Shown: positions 27,620 to 36,618 of the stretch, one piece after another
Layout of the letters: every line of letters starts with the position of its first letter
Numbering within the stretch: the stretch's first letter is position 1
Assembly: GCA_020635995.1 (NCBI GenBank)
Contig: JACJYS010000001.1
Span: 370,191-434,190 of the forward strand
Direction: 5' to 3'
Origin: Chitinophagales bacterium
GTDB taxonomy: Bacteria; Bacteroidota; Bacteroidia; Chitinophagales; UBA8649
Length of the DNA: 64,000 nt
Notes under the pieces: model-generated
What the model was told of the DNA's origin: nothing
The model's input: only the letters and a program-made list of their open reading frames with translations
Databases searched by the model: none
Position numbers and translations under genes: made by a program

Positions 27620-28798
27620 ATGGATAATAAAACTTTAATTTTTCTAACAGATGGATTTCCTTATGGGAAAGGAGAGACCTTTGTAGAAAATGAAATTAAG
27701 TTTTTATCTGAGCGTTTTAGCGAAATTGTCATTATTACTTTCTCTAAAAAAGATCAATTACGTTTAATCCCCAAAAAGATCAAGGTGCTTTCTTATGAAA
27801 AAGGAAAACCTCATTTCAATTTATTGTTTTTTTTTCAATTTGATTTTATCAAAGAGTTCTTTTCCAACTTAATATCTAATCCTTTTAAAAATAAAATTGC
27901 TATTAAAAGCTGGCTTCAAGCTCAAAGAATTAAAACTTTCATACTAAAGCAAGGTTTTCCTAAAAACAGTATATTCTACTCTTATTGGTTAGATGACAAA
28001 GCAATTGCTTTATCCTTATTGAAGGAAAAACATCCTAACATGGTTTATATTTCTAGAGCACACGGATGGGATGTTTATCAAGATAGACATCAGTATAGTT
28101 ATTTACCTTTTAGAGAATTTTTAGGAAAAAAACTTGATAAAATTTTGGCGATTTCTTCTAATGGTTTGAAGGAGTTAGAAAAGCAAGGAATAAAAAACAC
28201 CCTTATTTCAAGACTGGGAGTTATACAAAATGAAAAAATATCTTTTGAAGTGGAAGGCAAGACTTTTAAAATAGTGTCTATTGCATCAATTATTCCTTTA
28301 AAACGTATTTTGCTATTAGCAGAGGCGTTTCTACTTATAAATAATACTGATATAGAATGGCATCATTTTGGAGATGGAAATCAAAAAAAGGAACTTTTAA
28401 AAATTATGGAAAATGATACAAGATTTCATTTTCATGGTCATTTGGATAATAGTGCGATAAAAACATGGCTACTTGAAAACAACCATAACACACTCCTTGT
28501 TAATACAAGTACAACTGAAGGTATTCCCGTATCTATGATGGAAGCAATGAGTTTTGGGACTCCTTGTATAGGAACTAATGTAGGAGGCGTTTCTGAGATT
28601 ATAGAGGATGGAGTTAATGGTTTTTTATTAAGCCCAAACCCAACACTTCAAGAAATTGTGGAAGTAATAGTTAAATATCAAGTTTTGCCCATTAAAGAAA
28701 AGAAAATATTCAGACAAAATGCATATAATACTTGGCAAGAGAAATATAATGCTAAAACAAATTACACAAAATTTATTCAATCTATTTTGAATCTATAG
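27620..28798 (+). CDS. glycosyltransferase family 4 (GT-B)
   Basis: 'FLTDGFPYGKGETF' N-terminus. 'STTEGIPVSMMEAMSFGTPCIGTNVGGVSEII' E(x7)E region. Confidence 0.75.
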   Translation: MDNKTLIFLTDGFPYGKGETFVENEIKFLSERFSEIVIITFSKKDQLRLIPKKIKVLSYEKGKPHFNLLFFFQFDFIKEFFSNLISNPFKNKIAIKSWLQAQRIKTFILKQGFPKNSIFYSYWLDDKAIALSLLKEKHPNMVYISRAHGWDVYQDRHQYSYLPFREFLGKKLDKILAISSNGLKELEKQGIKNTLISRLGVIQNEKISFEVEGKTFKIVSIASIIPLKRILLLAEAFLLINNTDIEWHHFGDGNQKKELLKIMENDTRFHFHGHLDNSAIKTWLLENNHNTLLVNTSTTEGIPVSMMEAMSFGTPCIGTNVGGVSEIIEDGVNGFLLSPNPTLQEIVEVIVKYQVLPIKEKKIFRQNAYNTWQEKYNAKTNYTKFIQSILNL

Positions 28799-29912
28799 CT
28801 TCTTGGTAAAGCGTTAATAGCTTAGTGCAATATTGAGTAATATCATAGTTCTTAGCAAATTCATTTGCTTTTACGGATATTTGATTCATTAATATTCTAT
28901 CTTTCCATAGCTCTATAATCTTATTTGCAAATAAAATAGCATCCTGCTCTTGCAACATATATCCATTTTCTCCATCTACCATTATATCTCTATTTCCTTT
29001 TCCATCTAGAGAAACTACCGGCAAGCCTGCCGCCATGGCTTCTAAAAGAACAAGACCAAAAGGTTCGTAATATGCCGAATGAACATAAAGATTCGACTTG
29101 TTTAAATACTCGGAGACATTAGAAACATTGCCTTCAAAAAAAACTTGGTTTTGCAATCTTAATTTTTGAACCTTTTCTTGAATATTAGATTTTAGTTCTC
29201 CATCTCCTAAAAATCTTAACTCAAAATCTATTTCTTTATCTTTTAAAACTTTGGCGATATCTACTAAAAATTGTTGGTTTTTCTTGGGTTGGAAACTACC
29301 TATATTTATTAACTTTAATTTAGTTTCTTCTAAAAAATTCCTTTTGCAATAAAAATTATCATAATTAATAGCATTTTTAAGATAGTTGATTTCACAAATA
29401 GGGGTCAAAACTTTTTCCCCATATTTTAAGGTGTCTCGAGAAATAGCAATAAAGCTATTTCCTCCATTGTTTTTATACTTTTGTAGAAGCCATTGTTTTT
29501 CGTAAAAATTGATTAATTGCTTTTTATTTAATAATGTTTGTAATGATAAATTCCTTAATTGCGGCATATTGTCATGCAAATGACTAAACCATTTAGCTTT
29601 ATGATAAAAACAACTTCGCGATATGATTTCAGCTTCAAATAAATGAGTGTGTATAATGTTTGGTTGAAAATTGTCAATAATTTTTTGAAGTTTTTGAGCA
29701 AAAGGATAATATCCTCTTAAAAACCGCAAATTACTCTTTTCATTAAGAATTATCCAATCAATATCCTTTATTAGTTCTCCATATCCATTATGATTTCCAA
29801 AACTTATGAGTTTTACTTCACATCCTTTATTTTGTAGTGCATTACAAATATCTATTGTCAATCTTTCTGCACCTCCATTTGTTAGATTTGGAATAATTTG
29901 AAGAACTCTCAT
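28782..29912 (-). CDS. glycosyltransferase family 4 (GT-B)
   Basis: 'LQIIPNLTNGGAERL' N-terminus. 'YYEPFGLVLLEAMAAGLPVVSLDGKGNRDIM'. Confidence 0.8.
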   Translation of the reverse strand: MRVLQIIPNLTNGGAERLTIDICNALQNKGCEVKLISFGNHNGYGELIKDIDWIILNEKSNLRFLRGYYPFAQKLQKIIDNFQPNIIHTHLFEAEIISRSCFYHKAKWFSHLHDNMPQLRNLSLQTLLNKKQLINFYEKQWLLQKYKNNGGNSFIAISRDTLKYGEKVLTPICEINYLKNAINYDNFYCKRNFLEETKLKLINIGSFQPKKNQQFLVDIAKVLKDKEIDFELRFLGDGELKSNIQEKVQKLRLQNQVFFEGNVSNVSEYLNKSNLYVHSAYYEPFGLVLLEAMAAGLPVVSLDGKGNRDIMVDGENGYMLQEQDAILFANKIIELWKDRILMNQISVKANEFAKNYDITQYCTKLLTLYQEAIDSK

Positions 29913-29919
29913 TGATTTT

Positions 29920-30774
29920 TTATTTAAGAGTTTCTAAAGTAAATAGTGTAGCTCCATACTTATTTAAATGTTCATTATCTGCAAACATTGTATCATTTAA
30001 TATAAAATTAGTAAAATCAAATAATTTTGCCTCAGAAAATTTTATGTTTTTCAACTCATAATAGCTATTCTTTGTATTTTCACTCACCTGCTTTTCCCAT
30101 TCATAAATAGGTGTTGCTATAAGATTAATTTTCACATCGTTTTCTACACAATATCTATATATTTCATTGAGATAATTTATTTGTAAGTCCGAATACTCTC
30201 CATTGTCTACAAAAGTAAATTGTAATTCTTTTCGTCTTTTGTTTTGCAATGCTTTATATCCACCCCATTCTAAGTCTGATATGTTTTTATTTTTAAGTAT
30301 TCTTAAAGCATTATGCTTAATATATTCTGGAATTGAAGCAATAAATTCTTTTGGATTTAAACTAAAAACTTTTATCAACTCTTGATTATTCATTTCCATT
30401 AAATATTTGGATACCTTATAGTTAACGTATTGATCTTCATAATACCACTTATTTTGATATTTTAAAATATTAAAGTATGAGTATGATAAAAATACTGTTT
30501 TAATTTCAGGGTTATTTTCTATTAACTTTCTAAGTTTTATAAATGTATATAAATAATTATCTCCGCTTTGAGCATAATTTACAGCATTAGAAATTAAGGT
30601 GTCATTTATGGCACATTCTACATGTGAATCTCCAACAAATAAGGTATTAATATTCTCGGGTATTTTATAAACACTATCTTGTACAGGATAATATTTAACA
30701 GCTAAAAATAAAGAAAGGAAAAGTATAAATACAAACAAGCTAAAATATATGGTATGTTTTAGAAACTTTTTCAT
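29920..30774 (-). CDS. membrane-anchored SGNH/DltD/AlgJ-like protein, probable O-acetyltransferase partner of the MBOAT
   Basis: N-terminal TM anchor. Block I 'FVGDSH' and C-terminal 'DNEHLN' (DxxH). Lies immediately downstream of the MBOAT gene. Confidence 0.55.
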   Translation of the reverse strand: MKKFLKHTIYFSLFVFILFLSLFLAVKYYPVQDSVYKIPENINTLFVGDSHVECAINDTLISNAVNYAQSGDNYLYTFIKLRKLIENNPEIKTVFLSYSYFNILKYQNKWYYEDQYVNYKVSKYLMEMNNQELIKVFSLNPKEFIASIPEYIKHNALRILKNKNISDLEWGGYKALQNKRRKELQFTFVDNGEYSDLQINYLNEIYRYCVENDVKINLIATPIYEWEKQVSENTKNSYYELKNIKFSEAKLFDFTNFILNDTMFADNEHLNKYGATLFTLETLK

Positions 30775-30777
30775 TAT

Positions 30778-32214
30778 TTAAAATTGAAAATAAATAAATT
30801 CTTGTTGTTTTCCTGCAAAAAAAGCAATTAGAAAAATTAATATCAAATATAAACTCCATCGTAAAACAGAGGGAAGTTTAAAATATCTCAATTCTAAACC
30901 AAACAACGATTTTCTGTTAAGCCATTCTAAAAGCAACAAAACACCTACAAATAAAAGTGTTTTAACAGGAAGTATTGATGGCATTGAAAAGAGTTTTAAA
31001 GAAAATAATCTCGTAGTATATTCCATGCCTATTGACACGCTATCTGCCCTAAAAAATATCCAAGCTATAATTGTTAAAAAAAATGTTAGCAATATTTGTA
31101 GTCCCTCTTTAAAAGTTGGCAAAAAAGAAGATGATGCCACTATATCTATATTACTTCTATTTTTATTAAATATCAATAAGGGCAAAAAATAAAAAGCGTT
31201 AAGTGCACCCCATACAACAAATGTCCAATTTGCCCCGTGCCAAAATCCACTAACTAAAAATATAATAAATGTATTTCTAATTTTTTTACCCATTCCACCT
31301 CTACTTCCCCCTAAAGGAATGTATAAATAATCTTTAAACCAAGAGGATAAAGAAATATGCCAACGTCTCCAAAACTCGGCAATATCTCTTGAAAAATATG
31401 GAAAAGCAAAATTTTGCATTAAACTAAATCCAAAAAACCTGGCTGTTCCTATGGCAATATCCGAATAACCAGAAAAATCACCATAAATCTGAAAAGCAAA
31501 CAGTATTGCCCCTAATAACAAAGTGCTCGGTTCTTGAGAGGAATAATTATTAAATATTTGGTTAACGTATGTGGCACAGTTATCTGCTACCACCACTTTT
31601 TTAAATAAGCCCCACAATATCTGCCTTAAACCTAATACAGATGAATAGTAATCAAATTTCCTGTTTTTATAGAATTGAGGAAGAAGATTTTGTGCCCGCT
31701 CTATGGGACCCGCTACTAGTTGAGGGAAAAAACTAACATAAGCAAAAAATGAAACTACATCTTCAGCCGGCTTCATTTGCTTTCTATAAATATCAATAGA
31801 ATAACTTAATGTTTGAAAAGTATAGAAACTAATTCCTACAGGTAAAATTATGTGTAGCGGAGCTACGTCAATAGGATGTCCTAAAAAAGTGAAAACATCA
31901 TTGAAACTGTGTATAAAAAAATTGAAATACTTAAAGAAGCCCAAAAGTCCTAAATTAACAATCAAACTTATAGACAATAATATTTTTCTTTCCCCCTGTT
32001 CTTCAACTTTAACAAGTTGATTTCCTACCCAATAATCAACAAAGGAGCTTATGGCTATTAAAGATAAAAACTTCCAGTCCCACATGCCGTAAAAAAAGTA
32101 GCTGACTACTAATAAAAAGAAATTTTGGAGTTTTAGGTTTTTATTAAAAACAAACCAATAAAGTAAAAATACTATTGGCAAGAATATAGCAAAATCAATA
32201 GAGTTAAAAAGCAT
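30778..32214 (-). CDS. MBOAT family O-acyltransferase (AlgI/DltB-like)
   Basis: Polytopic, 478 aa. 'FWRRWHISLSSWFKDYLYIPLGG' and 'SGFWHGANW' with the conserved His. Confidence 0.85.
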   Translation of the reverse strand: MLFNSIDFAIFLPIVFLLYWFVFNKNLKLQNFFLLVVSYFFYGMWDWKFLSLIAISSFVDYWVGNQLVKVEEQGERKILLSISLIVNLGLLGFFKYFNFFIHSFNDVFTFLGHPIDVAPLHIILPVGISFYTFQTLSYSIDIYRKQMKPAEDVVSFFAYVSFFPQLVAGPIERAQNLLPQFYKNRKFDYYSSVLGLRQILWGLFKKVVVADNCATYVNQIFNNYSSQEPSTLLLGAILFAFQIYGDFSGYSDIAIGTARFFGFSLMQNFAFPYFSRDIAEFWRRWHISLSSWFKDYLYIPLGGSRGGMGKKIRNTFIIFLVSGFWHGANWTFVVWGALNAFYFLPLLIFNKNRSNIDIVASSSFLPTFKEGLQILLTFFLTIIAWIFFRADSVSIGMEYTTRLFSLKLFSMPSILPVKTLLFVGVLLLLEWLNRKSLFGLELRYFKLPSVLRWSLYLILIFLIAFFAGKQQEFIYFQF

Positions 32215-32986
32215 TTCCCTTCTTTAATTTACATATAAAAAAAACGCTACTTGAATATTTGAAATTCCTTTTCATTTTAAAAAATTGAACAAAATCGGGG
32301 TAAGGATAAAAACAAGGAGTTATTATTTTTCCAATATTAAAAACGCCTCCTACAATTTTTTCCCAATTACTTATTTTATAGTGTTTAAGATCATACCATA
32401 TATACTTTGCCCTTGGTTTACTGTGAGAACCCAAAATGAATATATTTTTAATTGGATAATTAAATTTCAGCGTAATAATAGACTTTAAAAATCTATAAAT
32501 TCTAATGTGGGTTAAAAAGAAAACTTGCGAAAACAAATTAATTCCTGCCATTGCGGCTGTTGGCATTCCTATAATAAGTGTGCCATCTTGCTTGAGTACT
32601 CTTTTCATTTCCTCTAAACTTTTTTGTTCATCATTAACATGTTCTAAAACATGGGATGAATAAACCACATCAAATTGTTCGTCCTCAAATGGAAGATTTT
32701 CTGAAAAGCCTTGAAGAATTTCTGTATTTTCTGTTTTTAAACCATTATATCTTCCCACACCATGAGCCCCCGGTTCGGGATCTATCCCAACAACTTCACA
32801 TTTTCTATTGTTTTTTGCCTTCATTAAACTATAACCAGCTCCGCATCCTACGTCTAAAAATTTTGAAGCAACAGGTATATATTGCTCTATGGCTTCCCAT
32901 TCTTCATCTCTTATTATCTCTTGATATTTTTCTACTTTATCTTTTGATGAAATTGGCCAATAAATAAGATTCCCAATTAATCCCAT
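32204..32986 (-). CDS. class I SAM-dependent methyltransferase
   Basis: Motif I 'LDVGCGAGYS', 'DVVYSSHVLEHV' and 'GTLIIGMP'. Confidence 0.8.
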   Translation of the reverse strand: MGLIGNLIYWPISSKDKVEKYQEIIRDEEWEAIEQYIPVASKFLDVGCGAGYSLMKAKNNRKCEVVGIDPEPGAHGVGRYNGLKTENTEILQGFSENLPFEDEQFDVVYSSHVLEHVNDEQKSLEEMKRVLKQDGTLIIGMPTAAMAGINLFSQVFFLTHIRIYRFLKSIITLKFNYPIKNIFILGSHSKPRAKYIWYDLKHYKISNWEKIVGGVFNIGKIITPCFYPYPDFVQFFKMKRNFKYSSSVFFICKLKKGNAF

Positions 32987-33867
32987 ACTTTTTTATTTAA
33001 CAATAGCTTGGTAAAAATAACTATTTTTTCTTTTGTCTTATAATTAGGCAACTCTATAATTGATTTAATTGTAGTTGAAATGGCTTTTGTTTTTTTGCCT
33101 TGGTAATAATAATATTTAATTATCCCAAAATTACACTGGTTAATAATTTTTTTGCACCAAGATTTACGTATAACGTTTGAATTACTGTTTTGCAATATTT
33201 GCTGCAATACCTCTTTTCTTTTAGCGTAAGCATTATATTTTTTATAATTAACGCTATTGTCTTCATGTATTTTATATAATACAGTGTGTTCATTTGTTGA
33301 AACAATTTTAGGGTACTTATTCAGTATTCTTACAAGCAACTCGGTGTCTTCAGAAATGTTAAGGTTTTCATTAAAAGGAAACTCTAATAAAATTTCTTTT
33401 TTTACGCATATTCTACTAGGAATTAAAGCATGTTCAAAAATATTGTCTAAAAGTGAAGCCTCTTTTTTTAATATATATTTATTCTTATTATTTTCATTGT
33501 TTATGCAAAGTTCAGAATAATATACTGCTTTTTTTCCTCCTGTATTTAATATGCTATTATATAACGCCTTAAGATGGTTTGGCAAATATTCATCATCACT
33601 ATCAATAAAACAGATATACTTTCCCGTAGCATTTCTTATTCCATTATTTCTAGCGGCACTTCGTTCTTGATTTTCTTGATAGATATATTTTATGCGAGAA
33701 TCTTCAAATTGAGCTACTACTTGTTGTGTGTTGTCCGTTGAGCCATCATCAACCACAATTAATTCCCAATTTGTATATGATTGGCATAAAACACTATTAA
33801 TAGCTTTTGACAACATGTTTGCCCTATTGTATGTAGGCAAAACTATAGAAAAAAACACTTTATCCAT
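32977..33867 (-). CDS. glycosyltransferase family 2
   Basis: 'SIVLPTYNR', 'VDDGSTD' and 'IDSDDE' (DxD). Confidence 0.85.
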   Translation of the reverse strand: MDKVFFSIVLPTYNRANMLSKAINSVLCQSYTNWELIVVDDGSTDNTQQVVAQFEDSRIKYIYQENQERSAARNNGIRNATGKYICFIDSDDEYLPNHLKALYNSILNTGGKKAVYYSELCINNENNKNKYILKKEASLLDNIFEHALIPSRICVKKEILLEFPFNENLNISEDTELLVRILNKYPKIVSTNEHTVLYKIHEDNSVNYKKYNAYAKRKEVLQQILQNSNSNVIRKSWCKKIINQCNFGIIKYYYYQGKKTKAISTTIKSIIELPNYKTKEKIVIFTKLLLNKKVWD

Positions 33868-34769
33868 TATTTAAAATTCAATAACATTTTTCTCCCTTTA
33901 TTATAAAATGGAAGTATTCTACTTTCAGTAAACCATAATTTTTTAATTCTACTAAGTTTTAAGTCAATTTCAATCCCTAAAGTGTTTTCTATAATATTTT
34001 TATAAAAACCTTTATCGTAAGCATTGGGGTATCTTAACGGCAACTTTTCGTATTGCCAAGATTTACTACCCCCAGTTGCATGTACAAAAAGCGGTTTCTC
34101 AAAAAAACCATATTCATGAAAAGGATTTATTGATGTAGCCGTACCTATCCAATCAGGGAAACCAAATGACAGTATTTCATCTGTTTCCATATTTTGTAAA
34201 ACTAAATTTAATATATCTTGGTCTGCAAGAGGAAATTCATAACAGCATTTAAAATACTTTCCTGGCTCAATAAAATCATTAATATAAGTATCCCATTCTT
34301 TAAGATTTGTTTTATGCTTACTAAACAACCCAGCTACAAATCCGCCACTATAATAATAATTTGATTTTGGATTACTATTTATCTTTGCTTTGTCATTCCA
34401 AATTCTTCTGCGAATATCACTACTGGGGAGTATGCCTTCATTTGAAACTATTAATTTTTGATGTTTTTCTAATGAGTTGTTTATGATTTTAAAAAAATTT
34501 GTATTTAAAATCACAATATCTGGGTCTAAGTATATAAATTTATCTGAAGGATTATCAAGTATAATTTTTGCTTTTAAACAGCCAAAAATATGATTAGTGT
34601 GAATTATTTTTTGATACACATTCTCTAAATGATTCAATTCTTCAATTTCTTTATTCGTAGCTACATATATTTTTCCTTTAAAATTACACTTAGCTATACT
34701 ATTTAATAAAGCAAACAATCCATATTTATAGTTGCCCGTGCATACTGTGTAAATTGATAATTCTTCCAT
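33867..34769 (-). CDS. GT8-like nucleotide-diphospho-sugar transferase (putative)
   Basis: 'YLDPDIVIL' (DxD), 'SGGFVAG' and 'DQDILN' resemble the three GT8 motifs. No TM segment. Confidence 0.5.
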   Translation of the reverse strand: MEELSIYTVCTGNYKYGLFALLNSIAKCNFKGKIYVATNKEIEELNHLENVYQKIIHTNHIFGCLKAKIILDNPSDKFIYLDPDIVILNTNFFKIINNSLEKHQKLIVSNEGILPSSDIRRRIWNDKAKINSNPKSNYYYSGGFVAGLFSKHKTNLKEWDTYINDFIEPGKYFKCCYEFPLADQDILNLVLQNMETDEILSFGFPDWIGTATSINPFHEYGFFEKPLFVHATGGSKSWQYEKLPLRYPNAYDKGFYKNIIENTLGIEIDLKLSRIKKLWFTESRILPFYNKGRKMLLNFK

Positions 34770-34774
34770 AAATA

Positions 34775-35656
34775 TTACAGATTTCCAATGTAATTTTTCA
34801 AACTATTTTTATAGTCTATCTTCATAATTCTTTTTAGTTTGGAGTCATCAAATATAGTATCTCCAGATTCTAATTTCAAAAAACTTTCTTTCCAAGGCAC
34901 AAAACAAATTTCAGCGTTATACTTTATAGAAATCATTTCTGCAAGACTTTTTAAACTTATGTTATCATTACTACCAATGTTATAAATTTCATTTTTTGTT
35001 GACTCAATTAGTGAAGCTTCTGTCATTATTTTACATATATCTTCAACGTGTGTAAATGTTCTATAAATTTCACCATTTCCAAAAAGTGTTATTTTTTTAT
35101 CTTTTTTTGCTTGATTTGTTAAAAATCCCATTGTCCCATAAGAATATTTGTTTTCTATAATGTGTCCATACGGAACACATATTCTATATATAGTATAATT
35201 TAATCCATAATAATTACTCCATGAGTTTATTACATTTTCTGCAAACAATTTATTAGCCGCATAAATAGTTTTTGTTTCTTTTTGGTCATTTTCTTTTAAA
35301 GGTGTTTTTTCAATACCCTTATAAATAAGTCTTGTAGAAGGATATACAAACCTTCCACTAAATCCTTGTTTTATAATTTCTTGTAATGTTTTTAGCAAAA
35401 GTATTTCGTTTGATTTAATATATTCCTCATATTCGTCAAATCCATCTATAGTTCCTGTTTTTCCAGCCATAAAAAATATTAAATCTGCTGAGTTAAAATT
35501 TATTTGTTTTATCTCATTACTGTCAAAAAAATTTATTTTTGAACGTCTATCATAGCTATCAACATCACCCCCCATTTTTCTTAAGTAAAATTCTAAATTA
35601 GAACCAATGTATCCACTCCCACCTATCACAATTGCTTTTTTGTTATAGGACTTCAT
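34775..35656 (-). CDS. NAD(P)-dependent extended SDR, candidate NDP-4-keto-sugar reductase
   Basis: 'VIGGSGYIGSNL' Rossmann motif and catalytic 'YAANKLF'. 293 aa. Last gene of the three-gene deoxysugar set. Confidence 0.65.
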   Translation of the reverse strand: MKSYNKKAIVIGGSGYIGSNLEFYLRKMGGDVDSYDRRSKINFFDSNEIKQINFNSADLIFFMAGKTGTIDGFDEYEEYIKSNEILLLKTLQEIIKQGFSGRFVYPSTRLIYKGIEKTPLKENDQKETKTIYAANKLFAENVINSWSNYYGLNYTIYRICVPYGHIIENKYSYGTMGFLTNQAKKDKKITLFGNGEIYRTFTHVEDICKIMTEASLIESTKNEIYNIGSNDNISLKSLAEMISIKYNAEICFVPWKESFLKLESGDTIFDDSKLKRIMKIDYKNSLKNYIGNL

Positions 35657-36617
35657 TTATAATGCTTTTTGTTAATATTTCATTTTGTAAAAAACTTTGA
35701 TTCTTGATTTCATCAATCGCCTCATTAAATTTTTTATCAATTATTTCATCATAAAAAGAATTTAAAATATTATTGAAATGATTGTCTGAGTTTAAACTAA
35801 GTTGTTCAATTTTATTATCTGTTTCTATAGTTATACTTGGTTTTACTCCTAGTCCCGCAGTAAAACTTCTATCAGTAGTTACTTTTCCTTTTGTGCCTAA
35901 AATTTCAATTTGACATTGATAAAAATTATCAAATCCCCAAGTTAGATGTATTGGGATATTTTGAGAAGATAAAAAATGAGCACTTCCTGTTATATCTACT
36001 CCCTTGTTGTTTACATTCATTGTGCTAGATAAGTGTTTTATTCCTTTTCCTAAAACCATTTGTGCTGCTTTTATTGGATATGCCCCTGCATCTAATAAAG
36101 CACCTCCGCCAAGTTCTTTACTATATCTAAAATTATTGTTGTTTAAAGGGGGGAAACAGAATGAAGATCTAAAACTTCTGATGTTTCCAATAGTCTTATT
36201 TTCTATTAAGTTTAGTAAATATTTACTTTGTGAATGGTATGGGAACATAAAATTTTCCTTAACCACACATTTTTTTTGCTTTGCTTTATCTAATATTTTT
36301 TTAGTAACAAAATAATTAGGGGCAAAAGATTTCTCTACATAAATATGTTTTCTTTTTTCTAAGCAATTTAAAATCCACTCTTCATGAAGTCCTGTTGGGA
36401 GGGGCATATATACCGCATCAATTTCTTCATTTAATAAATTTTCGTAACCAACTATGGGTTTTACATTAAACAAAGATGCAAATTCATTAGCCTTTAACTC
36501 ACTTCTACTAGCTACCGCTACTAAGTTAAAATTTTGATTACTTATAATTGTAGGTATTACTGACCTTTTAGCAATATTAGCACATCCCATCACTCCTATG
36601 TTAATTTTTTCTCTCAT
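35643..36617 (-). CDS. Gfo/Idh/MocA oxidoreductase, candidate NDP-hexose 3-ketoreductase
   Basis: 'IGVMGCANIAKR' Rossmann motif and 'YVEKSFA' (EKP-type motif). Directly downstream of the 2,3-dehydratase. Confidence 0.65.
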   Translation of the reverse strand: MREKINIGVMGCANIAKRSVIPTIISNQNFNLVAVASRSELKANEFASLFNVKPIVGYENLLNEEIDAVYMPLPTGLHEEWILNCLEKRKHIYVEKSFAPNYFVTKKILDKAKQKKCVVKENFMFPYHSQSKYLLNLIENKTIGNIRSFRSSFCFPPLNNNNFRYSKELGGGALLDAGAYPIKAAQMVLGKGIKHLSSTMNVNNKGVDITGSAHFLSSQNIPIHLTWGFDNFYQCQIEILGTKGKVTTDRSFTAGLGVKPSITIETDNKIEQLSLNSDNHFNNILNSFYDEIIDKKFNEAIDEIKNQSFLQNEILTKSIINEVL

Positions 36618-36618
36618 T

